Source: a virus
Length of the DNA stretch: 64,000 nucleotides
Reading direction: 5' to 3' (one strand)
Virus record (IMG/VR): IMGVR_UViG_3300020463_002275
Coordinates: 64,001-128,000 of that record
Part shown: piece after piece, positions 47,876 through 57,100 of the stretch
Numbering within the stretch: the stretch's first letter is position 1
How the letters are laid out: every line of letters begins with the position of its first letter
Made by a program: the position numbers and the translations under genes
The notes under the pieces: generated by a model
Databases searched by the model: none
What the model was told of the DNA's origin: nothing
Seen by the model: only the letters and a program-made list of their open reading frames with translations

Positions 47876-48056
47876 TATAGTGCCAGGAAGAGGCTCCTAC
47901 CAAAAGAGTCGAACTGGACTGTCCAGGGGTGGTACCCAGGCTTGGTAGTAGAAATACGCTGAGTCACATCGCACTAACCCGCGGGGATAGGTTGTACGGT
48001 TTAGAAATGGTATTTCGGTCCGTGCTTGTAGGTGTACCCAAGTCCTACCTATTTTG
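47876..48056 (+). ncRNA. Free-standing pseudoknotted RNA, tentatively manA-motif-like
   Basis: TAGTGC/GCACTA closing stem, GGCTC/GAGTC hairpin whose loop CTACCAA pairs with TTGGTAG, GTA-GAAA-TAC, ATAGGT/ACCTAT domain; own promoter and terminator. Family assignment is from memory only. Confidence 0.65.
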
Positions 48057-48065
48057 CTTATAATT

Positions 48066-48090
48066 AAAAAGGCTCTTAGGAGCCTTTTTT
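48066..48090 (+). terminator. Rho-independent (bidirectional) terminator
   Basis: AAAAAGGCTC-TTAG-GAGCCTTTTTT. Confidence 0.9.
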
Positions 48091-48091
48091 C

Positions 48092-48120
48092 TTGACAAAT
48101 CTCTCTTTAGAATATAAAAT
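48092..48120 (+). promoter_or_regulatory. sigma70 promoter TTGACA-17-TAAAAT, predicted leaderless transcript
   Basis: -10 ends at 48120 and the ATG is at 48126; no SD. Confidence 0.7.
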
Positions 48121-48125
48121 ACAGT

Positions 48126-49862
48126 ATGAATAAAATAATAATGTTAGTCACGGTTCTTACCGTGTTTTTTTGTGGCAGAAGTTTGGCCGAACCTTTAGAA
48201 ATAACAATCACAATCCCTAGAACAGCAAGCGATCTAGCAACCAGCACATACTCGTATGATGTTATGGGTGTTGACACTCCAGTTGAAACTTCCAACGGTG
48301 TAAATATTGTACAAAACGGACCTCCAGGACAATCAAGTAGTTTGTTTATAAGAGGAACAGAAAGTGATCATAGTTTAATTTCATTAAACGGAATTGCAAT
48401 CAAAGACCATAGTACACCAAGCGGAGCAGATGATTTAAGTCAACATAACTTGATAGGAATTGACTATTTGACCGTTATAAAGGGTCCTATGAGCAACACA
48501 CACGGGCCTAATGCGGCAGGTGGTGTTATTGATATGCATTCAAGTACTTATGGAAACAGTTATATTGATGTTAGTATAGGCTCTAATAATCTTATCAGCA
48601 AAGAAATAAGTGTAGTTGATAATAATAAAACTGATAGGCATAATTTTAAAGTTACTGCTAATCAAACAACAACAGATGGTATAAGTGTATACGCTGAAGG
48701 AGAAGAAAAAGATCCACATGAAGCAAATACATTTAATATTGGATATGATTACATAGGAAACAAATACATTCTTAAACTAAACAAAATTAAAGACAAAAAT
48801 AATATGAGTCTTGATAGCGGATCAGCAGATGTATTAAATTATACAGGTGATTGGGAATGGAATAACAACCAAATAGATTTCCAAACCAAAAATACAAGAG
48901 TAGTCCTAAACAATAGTAAACATGATAGAACATATACTAAAAACGGAGTAGTTGACAAATACAACAGTGAAAGTAATACATATCTAACACAACATACATT
49001 CAACAAAGATACATATGATTATTCTGTAGGTTGGGAATACAACGAAGCAAGTGCTGACTTTTCAACAAATATAAACAGTTATCAAAGTAGTGTTAACGAA
49101 AACAGATATACAACTGGATTATTTTTTGAAATAGACAAAGAATATTACATGGGTACTATTTTAAGTTTCAGCAGTAGACTTGATAGTATCAGTGACTTTG
49201 ATAATCAGATAAGTTCTAGAATAGGTATATCACATGATGGTTATAGAGCAAGTTATTCACAAGGTTATAGACTACCAACATTATATGAAATGTATGGTAT
49301 TGACAGTTATGGATATCAAGGTAATACAAATTTAAAATCTGAAGATATAGATTCATATGAAGTAGGATATAGAATGGGCAATTTTGATACTGCATTATTT
49401 TACATAGAAGAATCAAATGCAATTACATATTCTAATTCATCTTATGTAAACGTTGCAGAAGGTGGTGAAAGCAAAGGTGCAGAAGTAAGTTACAGTAGAT
49501 CTATTTTAGGGTATGATCTTGCATCAAATGTTACATATACTGAAGCAAGACTTAATAATGGAAGTGAAAAATTACGTAGACCAACTTGGGTAAATAATTC
49601 TAGTATATCAAAAAATATTAATGATTTGAATTACAAAGTGTCAATGAATTATTATGGTGATCATAAAGACATTGACAGTTCAACATTTAAAACAATTGAT
49701 AAAGATAGTATTACTACTTTTGATTTAGAACTAAATCAACTAATGGAAAACAAAATGTTTTACTTAGGATTATATAATATTACAGATGAAAAATATGAAC
49801 AACCAGACGGTTACAACCAATTGGGAATTAATTTCCAAGCAGGTATTAGAATAACAATGTAA
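48126..49862 (+). CDS. btuB: TonB-dependent outer-membrane receptor, BtuB (cobalamin)-like
   Basis: Signal peptide; plug QNGPPGQSSSLFIRGTESDHSLISLNGIAI (cf. BtuB [27 protein letters not shown]); GYRLPTLYEMYG; C-terminal YEQPDGYNQLGINFQAGIRIT. Substrate is inferred. Confidence 0.8.
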   Translation: MNKIIMLVTVLTVFFCGRSLAEPLEITITIPRTASDLATSTYSYDVMGVDTPVETSNGVNIVQNGPPGQSSSLFIRGTESDHSLISLNGIAIKDHSTPSGADDLSQHNLIGIDYLTVIKGPMSNTHGPNAAGGVIDMHSSTYGNSYIDVSIGSNNLISKEISVVDNNKTDRHNFKVTANQTTTDGISVYAEGEEKDPHEANTFNIGYDYIGNKYILKLNKIKDKNNMSLDSGSADVLNYTGDWEWNNNQIDFQTKNTRVVLNNSKHDRTYTKNGVVDKYNSESNTYLTQHTFNKDTYDYSVGWEYNEASADFSTNINSYQSSVNENRYTTGLFFEIDKEYYMGTILSFSSRLDSISDFDNQISSRIGISHDGYRASYSQGYRLPTLYEMYGIDSYGYQGNTNLKSEDIDSYEVGYRMGNFDTALFYIEESNAITYSNSSYVNVAEGGESKGAEVSYSRSILGYDLASNVTYTEARLNNGSEKLRRPTWVNNSSISKNINDLNYKVSMNYYGDHKDIDSSTFKTIDKDSITTFDLELNQLMENKMFYLGLYNITDEKYEQPDGYNQLGINFQAGIRITM

Positions 49863-50338
49863 TGAATAATTTATATTGGTTCTTAGGATTTATATTAGTA
49901 TTAGCATTAAGTAGAATTATACCACATCCACCAAACTTCACTCCAATAATTGCTGTGGCTGTTTTTGCACCAAGAATAATCAGGCACATTCCAACAGTAA
50001 TTTGTGCAACATTACTTGCTATGTTTATAGCAGATATGTATTGGGGATTGCATAGTTATATGATATGGACTTACAGCAGTATTGCTTTGTGTACGCTTTT
50101 AGCAATAAAAGTAAGATTACTAACTATGTCTGTTGTAGGACCTATATTATTCTTTATTGTAACTAACTTTGCAGTGTGGACAAGTGGATACTATGGATTA
50201 ACTATTCAAGGCTTGTTAGCATGTTATATAGCGGCAATACCGTTCTTTTATATGACACTGTTAAGCACATTAGTATACGTTTCTTCTTTCTATATTATCG
50301 AAAAAATGGTGATCACGCAGGTTAAACATCGTACTTAA
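49862..50338 (+). CDS. DUF6580-like putative membrane transport protein
   Basis: SRIIPHPPNFTPIIAVAVF, LFFIVTNFAVW, CYIAAIPFF; about 5 TM segments; coupled to btuB. Confidence 0.75.
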   Translation: MNNLYWFLGFILVLALSRIIPHPPNFTPIIAVAVFAPRIIRHIPTVICATLLAMFIADMYWGLHSYMIWTYSSIALCTLLAIKVRLLTMSVVGPILFFIVTNFAVWTSGYYGLTIQGLLACYIAAIPFFYMTLLSTLVYVSSFYIIEKMVITQVKHRT

Positions 50339-50346
50339 TTTAGTTT

Positions 50347-50354
50347 GATAAATA
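50347..50354 (+). promoter_or_regulatory. Late promoter-like box (GATAAATA)
   Basis: Start of the fibre gene cluster. Confidence 0.55.
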
Positions 50355-50439
50355 CTTGTGTCGATAATCGTGCCGTGCAAACGGACTTATGCAGAATTGA
50401 CCCACTGCGTATTACTTAGAACGTAACAAGGAGAAACAA

Positions 50440-50901
50440 ATGGGAAGACCATTAAATAAACGACTATTTGGTGTAGCAGGCGTAGGACCTACAGCAAGTG
50501 GAACAGAAATCAAAGTAAATTTCCACAACGGAACAGCAGTTAAAGAGGGCTATATTGTAAAACAACTTGGCTCAAAAAAATTCCGTTGCGAAGAAATAGA
50601 AACAGCAGGTACATTTGATTGTACTTTAAAAACTGGTGTATTACCTGCGAATTTATCAGCAGGTGAAATGAGTATTTCAGTACAAGGTGCAGATTCAGAA
50701 ACATATGGCGTAAGTAAAATTACAGGCAGAAAAGTTACTGTTGCTTCACCAAGTGCAACTGGTTCAAATGCATTAGCAGGAACATCACTGCAATTTGCTC
50801 TAACAGGTGCCGCGGCATCAGGAATTGTTAGAATGGAAGAAGCAGGCGATGATAACACATTATCTGGTACAGATGATGATGATTTCACTGAAGATGCATA
50901 A
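50440..50901 (+). CDS. Hypothetical virion protein (MGRPLNKR... family)
   Basis: Strong AAGGAG SD; N-terminus paralogous to the next gene. Confidence 0.7.
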   Translation: MGRPLNKRLFGVAGVGPTASGTEIKVNFHNGTAVKEGYIVKQLGSKKFRCEEIETAGTFDCTLKTGVLPANLSAGEMSISVQGADSETYGVSKITGRKVTVASPSATGSNALAGTSLQFALTGAAASGIVRMEEAGDDNTLSGTDDDDFTEDA

Positions 50902-50909
50902 GGACTAAC

Positions 50910-51272
50910 ATGGGTAGACCAGTCAATAAAAAGAACTTTGGAGCAACAGGCGTTGATGCGGCACCAACAATTCCAATTCGTTTTCATGATGGAACGAGTT
51001 TGATTGAAGGTAAAGTAGTAAGTCAACGTGGTAACGGTAAGTTCCTTTGTTCTAATGATGCTGGAAATATTACAAGAATCTGTCGTTTGGTGAATGAAAT
51101 TTCACCAAACGCACAGTTCGAAGCATCAATAATTGGCATTGCTCCCGGAAACAGTCCTAAAATTATTAAGAAGATACATAACAGAACAGCAGTTGATTGG
51201 GATGGCAATCGTTATACATGGGAATGTCAAGATGATTCTACAGAGTCATTGATGATATTAACTGCGATATAG
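50910..51272 (+). CDS. Hypothetical virion protein (MGRPVNKK... family)
   Basis: N-terminus paralogous to the previous gene. Confidence 0.7.
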   Translation: MGRPVNKKNFGATGVDAAPTIPIRFHDGTSLIEGKVVSQRGNGKFLCSNDAGNITRICRLVNEISPNAQFEASIIGIAPGNSPKIIKKIHNRTAVDWDGNRYTWECQDDSTESLMILTAI

Positions 51273-51281
51273 GTGAAATAA

Positions 51282-52259
51282 ATGAGTGCAAGTGTTGTAA
51301 GTATACCAAATGATGATTACATGATAAAAGTAACTCCTGGCGGAACAATTACTTTTGACACAGGACCTGTACAAGGTAATGTTATTTTTACAGGTAATTT
51401 TACAGTTGGTGGACAACAAACAGTAGTTAATTCAACAAACTTAGATGTACAAGATAATATTATCACAGTCAACCATGGTGAAACTGGTGCAGGTGTTACT
51501 TTAAATCAATCAGGTTTACAAATTGATAGAGGTACAGAAACCGACGCACAATTTGTTTTTGATGAAACTATGACATGGACAGATCCGGTAACTGATACAA
51601 GTATTACAGGCGGATTTGTTTTTAAAAATGTTGCAAATTCATTAGTAGGTATAAGAACAGTAAGTATTAATAGTAATGGCGGTGATTTATATTTGATAAA
51701 CAGTGGTTCTGGTGTGATCAGTGTAACAGGTACTAATAATTATGAAGGAAATGTTACTGATGATGACCACATACCTAATAAAAAATATGTTGACGATGAA
51801 ATTGTAACTGCATTAACAAGTACATTCCAAAGAAGAATTGAAGAAGGTAGCACAACAAAATCATTTGTTGAAGTACGAGATCAAGAAGTATCAGGTTTAC
51901 AAAGTGTAATTAATTTTGAACTTGATAGTGTTAATGTTGGTAAGGTATTCAAAGATAGACTTGAAATTCAAAGTCTTAGAATAGCAGACAACATGATTGA
52001 AACAACAGTTTCGGATGCAGACTTAGTATTATCTGCACCAGGAACAGGTGGTGTCAAAGTTAGAGATAACATGACACTAACATCAACCCCTGCGATTGAT
52101 GATGCATTAGCAGATCCAGCAGGTCCAGCAGACGGATTGAAACTTTATGTAAAAAATCCTGAGACAGGTGGTACAGGTTTGTTTTTCAAACATGCTAACA
52201 CTACTACTGGAGAAATAATAAGTAGAAAGAATGCTCTTTTATTGAGCATGTTATTTTAA
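51282..52259 (+). CDS. Putative fibre/virion structural protein
   Basis: VVNSTNLDVQDNIITVN...SGLQIDRG and one IETTVSDADLVLSAPGTGGV repeat shared with the large fibres. Confidence 0.65.
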   Translation: MSASVVSIPNDDYMIKVTPGGTITFDTGPVQGNVIFTGNFTVGGQQTVVNSTNLDVQDNIITVNHGETGAGVTLNQSGLQIDRGTETDAQFVFDETMTWTDPVTDTSITGGFVFKNVANSLVGIRTVSINSNGGDLYLINSGSGVISVTGTNNYEGNVTDDDHIPNKKYVDDEIVTALTSTFQRRIEEGSTTKSFVEVRDQEVSGLQSVINFELDSVNVGKVFKDRLEIQSLRIADNMIETTVSDADLVLSAPGTGGVKVRDNMTLTSTPAIDDALADPAGPADGLKLYVKNPETGGTGLFFKHANTTTGEIISRKNALLLSMLF

Positions 52260-52270
52260 GGAAAGAAGAT

Positions 52271-52609
52271 ATGGCCATAGAATCCACAGCAATAGCAAGC
52301 ACAGATACAGACTTACTACTTGTCCCCGGCGGCAAATCCTATGCTGTTTTGACAATTATGGTTTGTAATATTGACACACCAAATCCAGTGCATCAAGAAC
52401 ACGGATTGACAAACTTTGACTTACACTTTGTAAAAAGCGGAGCGGCAAAGAGTAATACAAATAAAGTAATTAATAACTTACAATTACCTGCAGGAGAAAC
52501 ATTTACTTTTGATAGTGAAAAAGTTGTTTTAGAAGCAGGCGATAAGATTGTAGCATTAGGAGAATCTCCTACAAACTTAGTTGCAACAGTAAGTTTCTTG
52601 GAAGTGTAA
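52271..52609 (+). CDS. Small beta-rich virion protein
   Basis: 112-aa ORF in the fibre cluster. Confidence 0.6.
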   Translation: MAIESTAIASTDTDLLLVPGGKSYAVLTIMVCNIDTPNPVHQEHGLTNFDLHFVKSGAAKSNTNKVINNLQLPAGETFTFDSEKVVLEAGDKIVALGESPTNLVATVSFLEV

Positions 52610-52610
52610 T

Positions 52611-53111
52611 ATGAGATTGATTAAAGCACAAAGCACTAATATAAGAAATATTAGAGGTACAGGAATAAAATTTGATATAAACGGCCTAGGTAGAATTGGC
52701 GGTGAAAAAGCAATGGTTGTTCCTATAGGTAGTACATCTGAAAGACCAGTATTTGCAGAAGCAGGACAGATTAGATATAATACAGATGTAGATGCTTTTG
52801 AAATGTACTCAGCAGGAAATTGGGGAGAGATACGTAAAAAAGAACCAACTGAAATAGTACAACAAAATTTAGGAAACGGTGACGGAAATGAAACAATTTT
52901 TGGTCCATTAGTTAACGGAGATTTAAACTTTCCAGTACCTAGTGCGGCTCGTAATATTTTAGTATTTGTTGAAAACGTATTCCAAATAGCAACTACTAAC
53001 TATACATTAGTACAAAACCCTGCTGGAAAAGCGGCTGGTTACTATATTTCATTTAGTTCTGCTCCAGATGTAGGTAAGCCGGTCACGGTATTACATAATT
53101 TTGATAAATAA
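52611..53111 (+). CDS. Fibre-associated protein
   Basis: VPIGSTSERP...GQIRYNTD...EMY...W motif shared with the fibre C-termini; GDGNETIF module as in the giant wedge protein. Confidence 0.6.
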   Translation: MRLIKAQSTNIRNIRGTGIKFDINGLGRIGGEKAMVVPIGSTSERPVFAEAGQIRYNTDVDAFEMYSAGNWGEIRKKEPTEIVQQNLGNGDGNETIFGPLVNGDLNFPVPSAARNILVFVENVFQIATTNYTLVQNPAGKAAGYYISFSSAPDVGKPVTVLHNFDK

Positions 53112-53128
53112 TATTAGGAGACTATATA

Positions 53129-54085
53129 ATGGCATCGTTAAAATCATTACTAGGAAGTAGAAACTTTACACAAACGGAAACTAACCTTGAACAAGGTAGA
53201 ATATACTCATACACAAACGGTACTATGTACTCTAAAATGTGTAACGGTTTTTGCTTTGTAGCACCTGCGAATGGATCAGTAACTATTGATTCTTGGGGTG
53301 CAGGTGGTTCAGGTGCAAGAATGTGTTGTTGTGGTGGCGGTTTGCCAGGAAACGCATCAGCATATACAAGAAAAGCACATAGTATGAGCAGTGGACAACG
53401 TATATGCGGATGTCTAGGTAAATCATGCGGTAATGCAAGTTCTTTATGTTTTAGAGGTTGCGGTGAACCTACTATGTATTGTTGGTTCTCATCAGGTAGC
53501 AATGGTTGTGTTTGTACACAAGGTGGTAGAGGCGGAATTAGTTTTTGTTCAACTTCTCCAAGTTTATATTGTTGTTATCGTGCTAATGGTTTTTGTACAA
53601 CAAACAGAGGTCCAAACTGTGGACTAGTATGTAACCAGTGTTCGGGTGCATTTATTGCTAACTCGTACGGTGGAGATTTAAACTGTTGCGGAATGAAATC
53701 ATGTTCAAGTTTCTTAGGATGTTATCCACAATGTACATGTATGCACTACTATCACGTTGCAGTACCATCAGGTGTGTTTGGTAAAGACGGCGCTATGATT
53801 ACATATAATACTGAATCAGATAACCCATACTCACGTTGGTCAGGAATGGGAATTCACCAGTTTAGTAACGCATTGAATGCGGCAAGTAGAAATCCATCAA
53901 GAGGTGTTTATCACGGTAGTTGTTGGATGGGTAACAGAGCATGTCAGTGTTACGAACAAATTGGTTGCGGACACTTTGTACCATACGGAACAGGTGGACC
54001 AGCGGCTAACCCATGTCCAGGTGTTAGAGATCACGGATGGCGCGGTGGTGACGGTGCTGTACGTATTAAATTCGTCGAAGGTTAA
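53129..54085 (+). CDS. Cys-rich (31 Cys in 318 aa), Gly-rich putative adhesin/fibre-tip protein
   Basis: WGAGGSG...GGG and GGDGAVRI glycine-rich domain ends enclosing a Cys-rich core. Confidence 0.6.
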   Translation: MASLKSLLGSRNFTQTETNLEQGRIYSYTNGTMYSKMCNGFCFVAPANGSVTIDSWGAGGSGARMCCCGGGLPGNASAYTRKAHSMSSGQRICGCLGKSCGNASSLCFRGCGEPTMYCWFSSGSNGCVCTQGGRGGISFCSTSPSLYCCYRANGFCTTNRGPNCGLVCNQCSGAFIANSYGGDLNCCGMKSCSSFLGCYPQCTCMHYYHVAVPSGVFGKDGAMITYNTESDNPYSRWSGMGIHQFSNALNAASRNPSRGVYHGSCWMGNRACQCYEQIGCGHFVPYGTGGPAANPCPGVRDHGWRGGDGAVRIKFVEG

Positions 54086-54098
54086 TCCAAAAAATTCA

Positions 54099-54106
54099 AA
54101 TAAATA
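54099..54106 (+). promoter_or_regulatory. Late promoter-like box (AATAAATA)
   Basis: Upstream of fibre gene 54126. Confidence 0.5.
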
Positions 54107-54125
54107 CTGTGTCAGGAGAACATAA

Positions 54126-57100
54126 GTGGCACAAGTAGGTAGAATATCTGGTCCGTTACTAACGGCCAATCTTGAACGTCAAGGTAAAGATCTAGATTTT
54201 AGAAATCAACAAACAAGTACACCTTTATTAAAACTTAAAGTTGGCACTAACAAAATTGGTGTCAATACAACCTCTCCTGCGTTTCCATTACATGTTAGTA
54301 ATACAATAAGAAGTACTGAACTTACTACACCTACTATGAGTCCTGGAAATTTTACTATTTCAGGAAATGATATTAATGCCTTAACTGGTTCAATTAATAT
54401 CAAAAGTGATGTAAGATCAGCAGGAATTGCAACACAACAACTTTTAATACGCGACAATAATATTAGCACTACAGTTACAAATGCAGAAGTTAATTTATTA
54501 CCTAACGGCACAGGAACAATAGAATTACAAGCAAATACAAATGTAACAGGAAATTTACATGCTACAGGAAATATTACTTTAGATGGTAGTTTAGTTTTTG
54601 GTGATACCGGTGATGATAGTACACGACTTGCAGACACAGTAAAATTTAATGCAGATATTGATAGTAATATTATACCCGATGTAAATAATTCATTTGATCT
54701 TGGAGCAAATTATGCTAAATGGGATCAATTAAATTTTAATACAATAGAAGCAACTAATATACTAGGTAATAGTATTTTTCTTGAAAACGGATTAGTACAA
54801 CCTGCGTCACGAGTAGGTAATATATTTTATGTTGATAAAAATGGTAACGATTCTAATGTAGGTGACCATCCAAATGGAGCATTTTTAACATTAACAAGAG
54901 CATTAAGTTTTGTTGACGCTAGTATTCAAGGACAGGTTGCTATACATATTTCAGCAGGAGAATATGAAGAAACATTTCCATTAACAGTTCCATCAAATGT
55001 AACAATTATTGGCGAAGACATACGTAACGTTGTTATTAAACCAACAGTAGCAACAAATACAAACAATGCTTTCTTATTAGATGGTGAAACAACAATAGAA
55101 AATATTACTATACAAGATTATTTTAGTCCAGGATATGCATTTTCTTTTAAGCCTAATGCAACAGTTACAAGTAGAAGTCCTTATATTAGAAATGTAACTG
55201 TAATTACAAAAGGATCAGTTACAAGTGCAAACGACCCAAGAGGTTACGATCAAGGAGATGCTGGTAAAGGTTTGTTGGTAGACGGAGCAAGTGTAACTAG
55301 TTCAAGTCAAGAAGCAAGCATGTTATTTCACAGCGTAACATTTATAACTCCAGGAGTTGAAAGTGTTAAATTAACAAACGGTGTTAGAGTTGAATGGTTA
55401 AACAGTTTCATTTACTTTGCACAACAAGGTATGTTACTTGAAAGAGGAACAACAGGACACCTAAGCACAGATGGATCAACTATACAATATGGCGCAGAAA
55501 TGCGTTTGATAGGATCAGCAAACGTTTACGGAGAATTTGGAATCAAAGCAGACGGTGCAGGTACAAATGCATATTTGATTAATCATAATTTTACTTACAT
55601 AGGTACAGGCAAAAGCACAGCAAATGATCCTACTTTATCTATACATGCTAACGAAGTTGTAGAAATAAATTCCGGTAGAATAAACTATGCAACTGTAGAC
55701 GAAACTGGTAATTTTAGAGTAGGTACTGCACTTTTTGTAGATCAACAAACTGGAAAAACAGAAATAGAATCTGCTAGTATTGACTTTACAAATGTTGATA
55801 CACTACGTATTGTTACAGCAGGATCAACAGTAACAATAGATGATACTAGGGTAAGAACAGATTTTATAAGATTAAGAGATAATAAATTAGAAAGTCTTGT
55901 AGGAAATTTAAAAATTGATTCTGCACCGTCAGCATCTGTTAATATAAATGCAAATACAAATATTACTGGAAATTTAGATACATCTGGTAATACAACTATT
56001 GCAGGATCATTAGTTAGTTTAGGTGATGCAGACACAGATAATATTAGTTTCAACAGTGATGTAACATCAGGCATGACTCCAAATGTAAATTTAGCGTTTG
56101 ATCTAGGATCAGCAACAAAAAGTTGGAAAACTGCATATGCAGAAAAATTAACAACAGATGCATTTGACATTGAAGGTAATAGAATTACTACAAAAGATTC
56201 TAATGCAGATTTAGTAATAGGTGCAAATCCTAATCCACCTACTGTTACAGTAGGACCACAATTGAGTATAAACACAACAGAAAATGCTCCTAGAGGACTA
56301 ACATTCAATAACGATGGTACAAAAATGTTTGTTGCTGGAACACAAGGTGATGATATTGGTGAATACACCCTTTCGGTTGCATTTGATGTTTCTTCAACAG
56401 TAACTTATGTAGATAGCCTTTCTGTAATTAACAATCCAACAGCAGTAAAATTTAACTTAGATGGTACAAAAATGTACGTTACTGGTCCAGACACTAACTG
56501 CTTGACAGAATACAATCTCTCAACAGCATTTGATGTTTCCACAGGAGTGTTTAGTCAAAATTCACCATCGTGGAAGTTTTTAGTTACACCTAGTGAAGAT
56601 GATACTTTTGGCTTTGACTTTAACAATGACGGAACAAAAGTTTACGTCTCAGGAAATCAAAGAGACAAGATTTACGAATTTAATTTACCTGGAGCATTTG
56701 ATATATCATCAATAACATTTGTCCAAGAATTATATGTAGGACTTATAGATATTGAACCATTTGGTATTGAGTGGAGCCCTAATGGTAAAAGGTTGTTTAT
56801 TGTAGGAACAAGAGGCAACGGTATAGATGAATTTGAGTTAACCACAGCATTTGACATATCAACAGCAACACATGAAGGCTTTTATTCCATAGGTGGAAAT
56901 CCTTCCGGCATACATATTTCACCAGACGGATTAAAAATGTTTGTTTTAGGTAACCAAAATGACAAAGTTAAAGAATATTCAACAAACACAGCATATAGAT
57001 TTGTTGCTGGCATAAGCAAAATCAAAATGGGTGGTTTAACAACAGGACAAGCATTCACCCAAACAGATGTTAGTACATTAGACAGCGGTGATGTTAATTC

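Noticed and set aside
47876-48120. Cobalamin riboswitch upstream of the btuB-like gene
   Set aside because: No GGGAA/B12-box or GCCACTG...GGGAAG elements, and a terminator plus a new promoter separate the RNA from the gene
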